Shown piece after piece: positions 12,481-25,040 of a stretch of 64,000 bases of DNA. Location of the stretch: the NCBI GenBank assembly GCA_030264375.1, contig JASCQW010000137.1, forward strand, positions 45,861,085 through 45,925,084, written 5' to 3'. The position numbers and the translations under genes are program-made. How positions within the stretch are numbered: position 1 is the stretch's first letter; each line of letters begins with the position of its first letter. The notes below the pieces were generated by a model. The model saw only the letters and a list, made by a program, of their open reading frames with translations, made no database searches and was not told the origin of the DNA. The stretch comes from Carcharhinus longimanus. Its lineage: Eukaryota.

Positions 12481-13654
12481 CTTTCTTTCAAAACAACTTA
12501 GATAAATTACCAGAAAAGTGCAATTTCTTCCAGTCCCGGGTAATGTGAGCTCAAAGCTCCAACTCTGCACAAAGTCATGATTAAACACAGTGTAATGTAA
12601 CATGACAAGGCGGACCAGAGAGGATCAGAAGATACAGCTGTACAAAGAATATGGTTTTAAACCAAATCTTGGCTTTTAAGACACGAACATAAATTGTCAG
12701 TTTTCAGAAATGTGTTAGCTTGAGGGAGTGTAGCACGGAGTAGGAAACATTGCACACAGCCCATGAGCAAACCTGCAGCCAGTGGGACCTGTATGTCAGC
12801 AAGTCTCGAGTACAGAGTGTTCCGAGAGTGTGTGGACAGTGGTCCACTCAGCCCCATCATTAATGCTATTTGCTCTCTTTAAAAAAAAATCAATCTATCC
12901 CTTATAATTCGCGTGCGTGGTTTTTTGTGCATTTATTTTTATTACCAGTCTCTGGCCTGCCTTGTGCGAAAGAAACCCAGAGTCAAATGAATTTTCAATG
13001 GAATCTTGGAACAAAGAATTAAAGTACAGTCTTATTTTTGCCTTTCAAACTTTCTGCTTTTCTTCACATTCGCTGAACGCTAAGACTTGCCTAGGGAATC
13101 ATACATGCTCAATAACATTCAGTAAATTGTAACACAGCCGAGGTCCCCAGTTCTACAGAGTTAGGTTCTCAATGAACCAGGGTGAAAGAGAGGGAGTTTG
13201 CTGCAATTCTTCTTGTATCCAGAACAAAGCCCATTTTAACACCCTACTGCCTGAGGGAGCAATTCTCCCTAAGGACTTCTAAGTGTTGAGATTCCCATCA
13301 GGTGGGTGGGCCTGATACCAATGGCAATCCACCCACACCGAGCCACTTGTTTGGAGTGTGGGGTGATCTCTGTCGAGAATCTAAAGATGTCAGTACGGCT
13401 GGCTCCTCAGAGATTGTGGAGCTGTTTTTATAGGGCGGCCCAATCTCCAAACAACTCAACAAATAACCCCCACCTCTCTGCCCTCACTCATCAGCAAAGG
13501 CACCCCTCCATTAGCTGGCATCAGGTTCCCCCAGTCCCATTCGTCACTGCCAGTAACCCCCTCCCCCCAAGTAAGAGAAACCTAACTATGGGGTCACTAA
13601 AGTCCCCATCCTTATAGGTACCCACCACATCCTCCCACTCCCCCCTTTGGAAAG

Positions 13655-14987
13655 ATGTGTGGAAAACTGTTATGCCTGGTCTTGTATCCAATTTGAAATT
13701 AGCAATGTGTTCACTGACACAAATGTCCGCAGTCCAGAAAGTCTATCTTGGATCTTTGAAACATTATTATTCCTCTTCAGTGAGACTCTTCAATGTTATT
13801 GATTGCCTTGGGTGTGAAGAATGCCTCATGAGTCTCTGCCTATTTAGATCTTTCGGTTCTGCACATCTTTCTAAAGTGTCGCAAATTTTTACAATGAAAG
13901 CATTCTCTAGCAGGACACTGCTCATACCAGTGGAGGTTTCAGTGCCACAGCATTGGCATGGTTTACTCATATGTTGAGGTTTTGTTCCATAAAGTCTTTG
14001 CCTTAGAGTGCCTTTGATATTATTTTGTTTAATAAGCTGCACCATCACTGGGGGTGTTCTGAACCATGGTTTGTGCTCGCTGTTTAACTGGGCTCTATTT
14101 TACTGATGAGTCTCTGATTGCCTTACTAACTATATTGCCTTCTCCAAAGTTATGTCTTTTTTGCAGTAGGTCAGAAAAGGCCGTTGCGTTCCCCAACTAT
14201 GAGGCGGTTTCAATCAGATCAGATTTAAGATCACCGTACTCACAATCTTCAGTCACTCATATTTGATGAAACTCATTGGCAAATATTCATCAGCTTCTGG
14301 ACCATTTTGTTAAACTTGGCTCTTTCTAATATGCTGTTACTATATGGGTTAAAATGTTTATCAAAAGCTTTTAAAAGCTTTTTGAATTTGTCTGGTGTTT
14401 CATTAACATCTGTCTTGCCTTCATCAGCACTTGCTCCAATAGAGTACAATAATGTATTGACTTGTTCAGCCTCTGATTTGTTGTTTAATCCAGGTGCAAT
14501 TCTGAACCTTAAGAATTCAGAATTCCTCCCCTTGGGGAATCATTTTGAACAACTGATTTGTTTTTTTCAATTTCTGCCACTCGACCATCATGTGGAATGG
14601 TGCCAACCCCTGACCTGGGCTGTAGAATGTATCAATCTGTGTTTATTAAAATGAAATTTCTTCCAGGGCTGCATGCTTACTGTACCTTTAAGCCCTTTGA
14701 AGCTTTTAAGCCCTTCTGAAGGTTTGCTCACCTTTCCTCAATTGTTGCTAGGTTCTGGCTGCTGGATTGGGATTTTTCACAGACCACCACATGCTGTGAT
14801 GCAGTCCTTAGTAAGCTGAACAGCTGATTTTTTTTCTCTGTCTCTCAGCCTCCAAGTCTTCTATCAAATCAATTTTCAACTCTGTTACTAAAGTTTTCAG
14901 TTTTTGGTGCCTTTCCTTAGATCAGGCTCGCAAAACATTTTTAAAGCTGATTTTTGAAGATTTTGGGGTCCTTCACTGCTGCCACCA
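13655..14987 (-). mobile_element. Gypsy LTR retrotransposon internal relic: PBS, gag, start of protease
   Basis: The minus strand encodes FLRFRIAPGLNNKSEAEQVNTLLYSIG..FDKHFNPYSNSILERAKFN..CEYGDLKSDLI (Gypsy gag) and FWTADICVSEHIANFKLDT (aspartic protease-like). PBS TGGTGGCAGCAGTG lies at 14974-14987. Confidence 0.85.
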
Positions 14988-15191
14988 TGTTATATAAATT
15001 GGCTAAAAAATAGGTCAGAGACATAGATATGTCTGAACAATAACTGGTTTGTAAGAACAGAACTATTTACAGCTCTACAAGGTTACAAGTCTTACACAGT
15101 CTAAACTATGAAAAGTCTCCTGCTTAACTCCTGGGTCAAGTGTCTCTTACATTATTCCACACATTGGTTCTTTCAGCTCTGAATACTCCAC
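14988..15191 (-). mobile_element. 5' LTR of the Gypsy relic
   Basis: The minus strand ends ...TAACA directly before the PBS. A possible TG start (TGTGGAGTATTC) is at 15191. Confidence 0.6.
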
Positions 15192-15621
15192 AGGATCTCC
15201 AGGAACAAGTCCAACCAGATTGGCAACCTCTCATCAAGGGAGTCACTGACTTTTAGATCAGTTGTTTCCACCCGAACCCAGTCCCAGCCAAATATCAATA
15301 TTCCAGAGCAAGTTTAGAAAGTCAAACAACAACCACGGAGGACTATCTATATAAAGCGGTCTTCTGCAGCGTTGCTGGAAATGATTCAGAGCGGATAACA
15401 ATAATTATTTTTCCTGATCATTAGTCCAGAGAAGCTGAAGTCAAATGTAGCTTTCAAATTACCAGCCTATATTTGATTGATGGACAGCAGTTCAAGAAGG
15501 CAGCTCACCACCACCTTTTGAAGGACAAATAGGCATGGGCAATAAATACTGCCCCCACACCCCATAAGTGAATCGTTAAAAATTACACACAGCAGGGTTC
15601 CAAAAATAACTGTGCTGTCCA

Positions 15622-16260
15622 GGGGAGGTGTAGTGGTAACATCACTGGGTTAATAATCCAGAGGCTCAAGCTTGTGGGGACATGGGTTCAAATCCCACCA
15701 CTGCATCTGATGGAATTTAAATTCAATTCATAAAATATTATATTTCATATTCCATTAAATCTGGAATAGAAAGCTAGTCTCAGTAATAGTGACTATGAAA
15801 TTATTGTCAATTATTGTAAAAACTCATCTGGTTCACTAATGTTCTTTAGGGAAAGAAATCTGCTATCCTTATCCAGTCTGGCTTACATCTGACTCCAGAC
15901 CCACAGCAATGTCAGCACGGTGACACAGTGGTTAGCACTGCTGCCTCACAGTGACAGGGACCCAGGTTCAATTCCGGCCTTGGGTCACTGTTTGTGTGGA
16001 GTTTGCACTTTCTCCCCGTGACTGTGTGGGTTTCCTCCAGGTGCTCCAGTTTCCTCCCACAATCCAAAGATTTGTGGGTTAGGTTGATTGGCCATGCTAA
16101 ATTGACCCTCATGACAGGGGGATTAGCAGGGTAAATGTGTGGGGATACACCTAGGGCCTGGGTGGGATTGTGGTCAATACAGACTTGATTGGTCAAATGG
16201 CCTCATTCTGCACTGTAGGGATTATGTGGTTCACTCTTAATTGCCCTCTGAAATGGATAA
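15622..16260 (+). mobile_element. Family C SINE interrupted by a full HE1 SINE (about 15913-16223)
   Basis: The host CCACAGCAATGT|GGTT junction is split, with ATGT on both sides of the HE1 copy (CAGCACGGTGACACAGTGG...CTGTAGGGATT). Confidence 0.8.
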
Positions 16261-17079
16261 CAACACTGCACTTCTTTGAAATAATGCCATGGAATGTTTC
16301 ACATCCATTTGAAAGGGCCTTCGTTTAATGTCATATTTGAAAGCTGACACTTCTGACAGTGCAGCATTACCTCAGTACCCTCAGTCTGCATGATGTGCTC
16401 AAGAGACTGGCATGGGACTTGTACCTAAAACATCTTTACTCAGAAGTGAAAGTGATACCCAAGGCTAAACAGGCTATCAGGCTGCAACTTGCAATTTATT
16501 CTGATCCTCTTCTTCAGGCCTCTGGAACCAGTAAAGCACAGCCTGGTTTTTTTAATTCCTGCTATTCTTGGCCTCTTGCACATTCAACAATACATTTGTT
16601 TCTTACATTAGCCAGCTTCTTCAACACCTGGGTCAAAGCAGGTGGAGGGGGAAGGGGTGGAGTTGGACTGTTTACAGCTCATTCTCGAGGGAATGGGATT
16701 GTGTATATCAGGTATACTTTGCCCAAGAAAAACAGCTCCCGCTTCATCTTCACTGCACACGGCTTCAGCCCTGAGGTGGAGTGCATTCAGCAAGCAGTTT
16801 CACTTTTTAAGCTCCAGTAAGTGAGTTACGTCTTTCGCTTTGGATCTGTTAGCTGCCAAGTCTGTGGGGAAACATCGTGTGTCTTCAATTGGAATGAGAG
16901 AAAAAAAATGAACATGACATAATGAGCTGGGCCATAAAATTCACAGGATGGAGGCCTGGAGGAGTTATGCAATAGCTTGTCATTAAAACCAAGCATGCTC
17001 CCAAAGCACAGAGGCAGAATCCTGGGAGGAATCTCAAGCCACATGTTGCTAATGTCCACTTGCACTCAACATATAAGAC

Positions 17080-17883
17080 GCACCCACCCACACACACATA
17101 AACACTCATGCTCTCACACATATGCGCAGTCACACATACACAACTTACACAAAGATAATGCAAAGACAAACATAGATGCAGACACACACATACATATACA
17201 CACAGACAGTGCATTGACAGACACACACAGGAACACCACTAAGACAACAGGCACAGACACTCATGGGCATATGGACATAGTGAGAAGTCTCACAACACTA
17301 GGTTAAAGTCCAACAGGTTTATTTGGTAGCAAACACCACTAGCTTTCGGGGCTTTGCCACTTCACCAGGTGCAAAGGGACAAAACTCTGAAAGCTAGTGG
17401 CATTTGCTACCGAATAAACCTGTTGGGCTTTAACTTGGTGTTGGTGAGACTTCTTATCGTGTTTACCCCAGTCCAACGCTGGCATCTCCACATATGGACA
17501 TACACTTGGNNNNNNNNNNNNNNNNNNNNNNNNNNNNNNNNNNNNNNNNNNNNNNNNNNNNNNNNNNNNNNNNNNNNNNNNNNNNNNNNNNNNNNNNNNN
17601 NNNNNNNNNACACTTGGGTTCAACATTCACAGATGCAACTACACTGACACAATGTATGGACAGGTAACATGCAGAGACAGCACACCAGAGACACGTACAC
17701 AGGTGTTGACATACACGCGCATGCACATACACACACACACACAATTATATATAACATGCACAAAGAGTTAATGCATGGACAAACACAAATGTGGAAACAC
17801 ACACATACATATACACACATACCACTCACAGTGCATTGACACACACACACACACAACATATTAGAGACATGTACACAGGCGTA

Positions 17884-17915
<32 letters not shown>
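17080..17915. repeat. Degenerate (CA)n/ACAC-rich microsatellite region
   Basis: CA-rich throughout, with near-perfect (CA)n at about 17885-17914. Contains the insert at 17280-17490 and an N-gap. Confidence 0.9.
17280..17490. mobile_element. Palindromic Penelope-derived mini-element family A with 12 bp TSD
   Basis: Arms GAAGTCTCACAACACTAGGTTAAAGTCCAACAGGTTTATTTGGTAGC..CTAGCTTTC and GAAAGCTAGTGGCATTTGCTACCGAATAAACCTGTTGG..GAGACTTC. CATATGGACATA occurs at 17268-17279 and 17491-17502. Confidence 0.85.
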
Positions 17916-17916
<1 letters not shown>

Positions 17917-18610
17917 CTACTGGGAAAACAGTTGCATGGCCATCACCAGGTTGGGATGGATTTCAATGTTTTCCCCATGTGACGAATATTGTTCTCTGCC
18001 AGCTTCCTTGTGAATTATGATTTTCTTTAATATTGTTTGCTGATTATGGACATCATAAATGCGCTCATAAAATATTTCATAAAATATTCCAAAAATGAGC
18101 AACTGCCAACAAATGTATAATTGCACACAGATGGACAAATGGAAGATGTTTAGGCTGTGATGCTCATATCCATAACTCTATGACTCAGAGGCTACCTTGA
18201 TGTGGTTAGGATGGGAAAAAGCAAGACAAGGCAGCACAGTGGGAAGTTAGGGAGAAGTGACCATGAGTTGGAGTGGAGGGGTGGGAGAGAAAGAGCTGAT
18301 TGGGAGGAGGCAATGATTACAGTCAGATGGACATTTAAAAATGTTTCTTTAGTCCCAGGTCCAGGAAGTTGACAGAATGTGTAAGGATGCATGGAGCCAC
18401 CCTGCTGCCAGGAATTAATGTGCACGGGATGTCCAGATGTTCAGTGAGGACAGCTGTACATTCAGCTCAGCTGTCCTGTGTAGCCAAAGAATCAGCAGAT
18501 TGTCCAGTCTCATGGATGACTTTAGGACAGAGTTGTCAACTTACATTGGACTTATTCGGGAGGCTTCATAACATCACCTCCAGCCTCCAATCACCCCACA
18601 CTGTCAGACA

Positions 18611-18740
18611 GAGGGTGGAATTTTCCTGTCGCGTCCACCACAGGGATCATAGTAGGTGGGGGGCAGACAACGCAATAGTCCGTTGACCTCGGGTGAGAAT
18701 TTCTGGCTTTGGAGGGAGCTCAGCTGGAAAACCCAGGCAC
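18611..18740. mobile_element. Harbinger-type MITE
   Basis: Ends GGGTGGAATTTTCC...GGAAAACCCAGGC with a GTCCGTTGACCTCGGG core; related to 24342-24470 and 53408-53540. Confidence 0.55.
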
Positions 18741-18795
18741 TTTGCACCCATTTGCAAGGATGGCATTAAATTATTTGGCCAGGAAATTTGCAACA

Positions 18796-19087
18796 TCATA
18801 GAACCATAGAATCCCTACAAGAGGCCATCTGGCTCAGCAGGTGTGCACTAACTCACCCTCTGCTCTAACACTGTAACACCATGCATTTACCATGGCTAAT
18901 CCCTCTAACCTACGCATCTTGGAAAATAAAGAAGCAATATACCGTGGCTAATCCACCTAACCTGTATATTTTGAAGTGTGGAAGGAAACAGGAGTATCCA
19001 GATTCGGGGAGAACGTGCAGACTCCATACAGTCACCCAAGGCTGAAATTGAACCCGGGTCCCTGGCGCTGTGAGGCAGCAGTGCTGG
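18796..19087 (-). mobile_element. HE1-type SINE
   Basis: CATAGAACCATAGAATCCCTAC tail and GAACCCGGGTCCCTGGCGCTGTGAGGCAGCAGTGCT head. Confidence 0.85.
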
Positions 19088-20159
19088 GTACACTTGGAGG
19101 AAACATTAGTCCCAGTGTTTTGAGGAGGGGCAGGTTGGTTGGAAAGCGGGAAAAGAAAATGTATGAAGTTTGTTATGTATAGGCATGACAAATAATAATC
19201 GGCTGTGGATCCTTGGATCAGGGAAAATAATGGCAGCCCACTAAATGCTCTTTTTTAAAATTATAAAAGGGCTTTCAGTTAATTGATGGTTCAGCAGCAA
19301 CAGGCATTGACTGAAGGTTATAACCGGAAATTAGAAATGTTTTCCAATAATCAGGTGATTCAGATATTGTTTTACCATCAGTAGCCGTTGAGATAGCAAC
19401 TATAAAATAATTAAGTGGCCTAGGTATAAGTAGGAAGACTTCAAAAAGACAAATGAATGGAGTTTTGAGCAGACAGCTCTTTGTGATTCTCAATGACAAT
19501 TGCAGCAACTCCAAATGTCAGTCTAAGTTCTTGACCAGGTTGTGTCAGTCTCAATTAGTGATTAGAAAGTCATCAGAAGGGGGAGCAATGTTGTCAATAC
19601 AGTCAATACAGTGTACCTTCATACACTGGAGTGCAGCCAAATGATGCAGTGAGGGCTTTAGCCTATAAACTTTCACCCCAGAGGCAGGTGCGAGAGCTTG
19701 CAAGTGAGCCAAAGTGATACCAAGTGAAGGAGGACACAATGGAGCATTGTGTCTCACAGTGGTCCAAGCAAAATCTTGGAAGATGCCAATCATTGTCATC
19801 AGTGGGCTCGTTGGGCCGAAGGGCCTGTTTCCCGTGCTGGGTTGTTCTTTGTTCTTTATCATCATTTCAATCAAACAAAACTAGAAATCAAAATAAACCA
19901 TGTTGTACAATTGCTGTGTCATCAGGGATAACATCTGCTACTGTGCAAATATTCCCACAGGGACAAGTTAGCATTGAAAGACAGGCATTTCAGAGTCTAC
20001 ATGTGCCACAAACCTTCCCCGACATGGTAGGCCACCTCAAACTTTTTTAAGAATAATTTCAATGGATTGAGCATTGCTGACTCGGCTAGCATTTACTGCC
20101 CATCCCTAATTGGCCTTCAGAAGTTGCCTTTTTGAACCGCTGTGTCCATGTGGTCCCTA

Positions 20160-21605
20160 ATCTCGAAGGAAGGGAGCATGCATGGAATTCTCAGAGACGC
20201 CTTAACTGTGACCATCTTCAAGAAAGGAGACAGGTTAACTGCGGAAATTACAGAAGGACTTTCCTATTCTTCAGCACAGGAAAGGTCATTGTGAAAATCC
20301 TCCTCGACTGCCTCCTCCCACTGGCTGAAGAGCTCCTCCCTGAGTCTCGGTGCGTTTTCCGCCCATCAAGAGGCACAATGGACATGATCTTCGATGTGCG
20401 ACTAATCCAGGAAAAGTGCGGGGAGCAGCATCAACCTCTGTACGCAGCTTCCTTCGATCTCACAAAAACCATTGACTCTGTCAACTGTGAGGAATTGTGG
20501 AACGTCCTCCTCAGAATCAGTTGACTGCAGAAACTGGTCACCAATCTCCGCTTGCTCCACAATGCCATGCAAACCATGATCCTCACCAACAGAACCACCA
20601 CAGACTTAGGATGAGTGCAAACTGGGGTCAAACAGGGCTGCGTCATCGCACCAATGCTCTTCTGCATCTTCCTCGCAGCAACATCCCACCCCATCACCTT
20701 ACAGTTCCCCACTGGAGTGGAGCTAACCTCCCAGACAAGTGGGAAACTGTTCAACCTCCGATGCTTGTGTGTGCATACTCAGAGACCAAGCTACAAACCA
20801 TTGGTAGGGCATTCACTAGGGCATATGAGAGAATGGGTCTCAAACTAACCCAGAAAACAAAGCTTCTCTACCAGCCCACTCCTGCCACACAAAACTGCCC
20901 CGACCATCAAGAACCATGGTGAATCCCTGGACAATGTGGTTCATTTCCCATACCTCAGAAGCCTCCTCTCAGACAGACATTGATGATGGAATCCATCATC
21001 AACTCCAATGTGCCTTTAGATGCCTGAAGAACAAAAAGTGCAAAGCCTGAGACTCAAATCGAGCACCAAGTTCATGATCTACAGAGCAGCCATGGTCCCT
21101 GCCTTCCTGTATGCATAAGAAACTTGGACAATGTACTGCAGTCACCTCAAATCTCTGGAGAGATGATATCAACGTTGCCTCTGCAAAATCTTGCAAATCC
21201 AAGGACAGGATAGGCATGTCAATGTGAGCGTTCTCTCCCAGGCCAATATCCCCACGATCTAGGCACTGTCACACTCAACCAACTGTGATTGATGGACCAC
21301 ATTGTCCACACACTCGACTCAAGATTCCCAAAACAAGTGCTCTACTCCAAGCCCCACAATGGCAAGCAATCACTAGGAGGGCAAAGGAAACACTACAAGG
21401 ATACTCTGAAAGCCTCCCTAAATAAGTGCAGGAGTCATGTAGGAATCATTTGCTTTAGAACGCACAAACTGGAGAAGAAGCATTTGCAAAGGCACCAATC
21501 GCCTTGAGTGTCAGAGGGTAGAGCATGTGGAGACCAAGGAAAGAGAATGCAGAATCCAGACCAAACCTATGGCAGTCTGTGGCTCCAGGATTGGATTATT
21601 TAGCC
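20160..21605 (+). mobile_element. RTE-clade LINE, degenerate RT fragment
   Basis: CGNYR..TGKVIVKILLDCLLPLAEELLPESRCVFRPSRGTMDMIF..FDLTK, QTGVKQGCVIAP, GKLFNL and RFPKQVLYS..GGQRKHYKDTLKASL. The YADD segment appears deleted at about 20760. Confidence 0.9.
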
Positions 21606-21611
21606 ACTACT

Positions 21612-22166
21612 GTTAGAGCCCACCTAGAAATCTGTGAATAGTTCTGGTCCCCTCATCTAAGGAAAGATATACTGGCATTGGAGGCAGTCCAGAAAAAATT
21701 CCCTGGGTTGATCCTGGGTATAGAAGGATTTTCTTATGAGGAGAGGTTAAGTAGGTTGGGCTTGTATTCACTGGATTTTAGAAGAATGAGAAATGACCTT
21801 ACTGAGACATAAGGGATTCTCTGGGAGTTTGACATGGTAGATGCAGAGTGGTGCAGTCTAAGACCAGAAGGCATAATCTCAGAGTAAGGGGTCACCCATT
21901 TCAGACAGAGGTGAGGAGGAATTTCTTCTCTCTGAGGGCAGTGAATCTGTGGAATTCTTTACTGCAGAGTACTGCAGAGGCTGGGTCATTAAGTATGTTC
22001 AAGGTTGAGATGGATTTTTAATCAGTAAGGAAATCAAGGGTTATGAGGATAAGGTAGGAAACTGGAAGTGAAGTTGAAAATTATATCAGATCAGTTATGA
22101 TCTCATTGAATGACAGAGCACACTTGGTGAACCGAATGGTCTACTTCTGTTCCTGTGCCTTATGGA
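21612..22166 (+). mobile_element. CR1 LINE 3' fragment
   Basis: GTTAGAGCCCACCTAGAA..TTCTGGTCCCCTCATCTAAGGAAAGATATA, GAGGAATTTCTTCTCT..GAATCTGTGGAATTCTTTAC and a 3' UTR. Confidence 0.9.
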
Positions 22167-22904
22167 TTTAATTTGAATTGGTTTTCAGAGCAAGCAAGAA
22201 GATGGATTGACGGCTCTCCCTGTCCATTCTGCGCACTGGCTTTGTAGCTTTGAGAAGAATTAAAATAACAAAAAAAATTCAATGTCACACTATGGCTATC
22301 AAACCAAACAAGCTAACTGATCCCCTTGCTCTCTATGCTAAAGGAATAAGTGTAGCACCAGGCAAGGCTTGATTCATAATCCATGTGGAGTCAGCTGATC
22401 TAGTGGGTTGGGTTTTCTCAGAGCGTTGCTACAATTGGACCTCAAAACCTCTCGGTTCAGTGGTGGGGAGGAGGTGGGAATGTGGAAAATATAATGAAGG
22501 TTCCTCCTCCTGGCCCCATTCTCTGTTTCTTATTAGTCATTCTGAGCATGTGGACAATGTATTAAAATCAGCATTTATTATCCAACTAGAGGCACCTGAG
22601 AAGTTGTTTGTTGTATCATTACACTGCGCAGTTTAAATTCTTGTGGGACTGGAGTCACATAGAGCTCAGACTGGATAAGGATGACAGCATTCTTTCCTCA
22701 AATGACATTATTGTACGAGTTGGGCTTTTATGACAATAGCTTAACAAGATTTCAGCTTTTCATTACCAGATGCACTGAATTCAAAAGCTCAAACTATCAT
22801 GGAGAGATTTCAACTTACATTTTTTTGGACTATTACTCCAGTAACACAGTCACCCCCAACGGCCAAACAACAGCAAACTGACTGCGGCAGGTAATTGCAT
22901 CTGA

Positions 22905-24335
22905 CTCAGGTGGTAGCAGTCTTGTTTCTTGTCACAATGTGCCAGGTTCAAGTCTTACTCAAGAACTTGAGTACAAAAATCAAAGCTGATGCCCCAGTGA
23001 CAAAAACAAAAACTGTTGAAAATGTTCAGCAGGTCTGGCAGCATCTGAGGTCAGAAAATTAATGGGGGAGTCTTGTTGGGGGTCTCATCTGCCAGTGGGA
23101 GAGCCGGTGAGAGACTCACAGTGCCTCATTTGGGAAGACCCACCAAACCACACATCAATCAGGCAGTGGCCTGGCCACCAGTGGGTCTTCCCCTGGAATC
23201 AAGACCCTGACGGCAGAAGTCTTGGCCACTGAGAGTTGCCAGCCAATCAAAGGCTGGCAGCTCAGATTCAGCAATGTCATAGAGACGTCAGTGGCTGCTG
23301 CAATAAAAACAGCTAATGGAGTCCCATCCAGGTCATCAGTGAGTAATATGAGTTTGCAGGATGGGGAGAGGGGTGTAGGAGGGACTGGCAGCATGCTACA
23401 TGAGCAGGGAGGTGTGGCCCTCAGTGCCCTCTCCACCCACTTTCAGATGCCCAGTCCCTTGATCAGGCACTGAGTGCTATTGATCATAACTCTCCATTCC
23501 ACCCCCCTCCCCGGCCCTGCTCCCCCACCATCATCCCCCGCCCCCACCTCTCACCCATTCAGAACCTCTGTAGGTGACAAGGTGGGCCCACCTGCACACC
23601 ACATGGTAACAGGCTCACCTGCAGCTGAGGTAATCCCAGTGGTAGCAGGTGAGCCTGTCGCTATGTGGTGTGTAGGACCTTCAATGGTCATTAGCTGACC
23701 ACTCAATAGGTGCCGGGATTTCAGTATTTCAGGCCACTTTATGGGCCTTCTGCCCAGAACTTAACTCTGACGGAGGCAGGAAGGAGGCAGATTTCTGGTA
23801 TGCCACCATCCCACCAAACGCCCTTCCTGCTTCTAAGCTTACCATCAGCGAGAGTCAAAGATTCTGCCCAATATTTCAATGTTCTGATCAGAGGCCATGG
23901 ACCTAACAAGTAATCTCTGTTTCTCTCTCCACAGATTTCTGTTTTTATTCCATTCTCTGTTTCTATCTCAGATTTACATAATCCGCAGTATTTTGCTTTA
24001 ATATTAGTGAGGATGTGCTGTGCTGTTGGAGGTACAGGCTTTTAGATGACATATTAAACTGAGGACCCATCTACCCTCTCAGTCGATGCTAAATATTCCA
24101 CGACACCGTTCCAAAGAAGAACAAAAGAGTTATCCCCAGGGTATTTATCTCTCAGTCAACAAGACAAAGACAGATTACCTGATCATTATCATATTGCTAT
24201 TTGTGGGAGTTTGTTGCGTGAACATTGGTTGCTCCTTATGTTGTCTACAACAGTGACTACACTTCAAAAGTAATCCATTAGTTGTGAAGCAATTTGAGAA
24301 ATCTGCTGGTCGTGCAAAGTCTGTCTTCTTCTTTT
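22905..24335 (+). mobile_element. Deu-type SINE containing a family B hairpin element that contains an ~810 bp Harbinger-like non-autonomous element
   Basis: The SINE head (22905-22999) resumes at about 24005. Hairpin halves lie at about 23000-23058 and 23871-24003. The GC-rich insert at 23060-23870 ends AAGATTCTGCCCA. Confidence 0.65.
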
Positions 24336-24341
24336 AAAGGC

Positions 24342-24470
24342 ATGGACTGGAATTCTCCCATCCCACCCGCCAATGGAATTCTAGCGGGCGGGGAGTGGAC
24401 CACGTAAAGGTCCATTGAAATTGAGAGTGAATCTCTGGTTTTCAGGCGAGAGCGGCTGGAGAATCCCACA
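24342..24470. mobile_element. Harbinger-type MITE
   Basis: Imperfect TIRs GGACTGGAATTCTCC...GGAGAATCCCAC. Confidence 0.6.
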
Positions 24471-24804
24471 CACAATGTCCTAAATTCTCCAGTGAAACTG
24501 CTTCTAGCGGTCACTGCCTTGGCTCACACGTAAAGAAAGGTCCTATCTAGCTGGGATACTAGATGATGGCTGAGGCCTAGGCCCCAGCCCAGCATGAGGG
24601 GATGAAAATGGGAAAACTCATTAACCTCAAGATATGAAATCACCTGTTCTTTCAGGGATCCAAAAGCTCCAATTATTCATGGGATTGTATTCAGGTGTGG
24701 ACAGAATGGATAGACCAGAATTTTGGGATTGGATTGGGGTGTGCAGCATGGAAAGGAGATGGCAACGGTGGCTCACGATCTCACCACTGCCTCTGAAAAA
24801 GTGT

Positions 24805-25040
24805 CATAATGTGGAGATGCCGGCATCGGACTGGGGTAAACACAGTAAGAAGTCTCACAACACCAGGTTAAAGTCTAACAGGTTTATTTGGTAGCAAACG
24901 CCACTAGCTTTCGGGGCTCTGACCCTTCGTCAGGTGAGGAACCGTTTAACCTGACGAAGGGGCAGAGCTCCAAAAGATAGTGGTGTTTGCTACCAAGTAA
25001 ACCTGTTGGACTTTAACCTGGTGTTGAGAGACTTCTTACC
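24805..25040. mobile_element. Palindromic Penelope-derived mini-element family A with 12 bp TSD
   Basis: About 91 bp inverted arms at 24845-24935 and 24949-25039 with a 13 nt loop. CTGAAAAAGTGT occurs at 24793-24804 and 25041-25052. Confidence 0.9.
24902..24936 (-). ncRNA. Minimal type I hammerhead ribozyme motif
   Basis: Minus strand CAC-CUGACGA-A-GGGUC-AGA-GCCCC-GAAA-GC-UA-GUG: intact core, stem I CAC/GUG, and palindromic AGCU in place of helix III. Confidence 0.7.

Noticed and set aside
13622-13655. Polypurine tract on the minus strand followed by TGTGG next to the Gypsy relic
   Set aside because: The following sequence does not match the putative LTR at 14988-15191 beyond 5 nt, so it is not a supported PPT/3' LTR.
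15389-15402. GAGCGGATAACAAT, a 14 nt match to the lac operator
   Set aside because: The flanks are not lac or vector sequence, so this is most likely a chance match rather than contamination.
15912-15985. tRNA-like A/B boxes and CACAGTG heptamers
   Set aside because: These are SINE heads, not tRNA genes. The heptamers are part of the HE1 consensus and I saw no spaced nonamers or V/J segments, so this is not an Ig/TCR locus.
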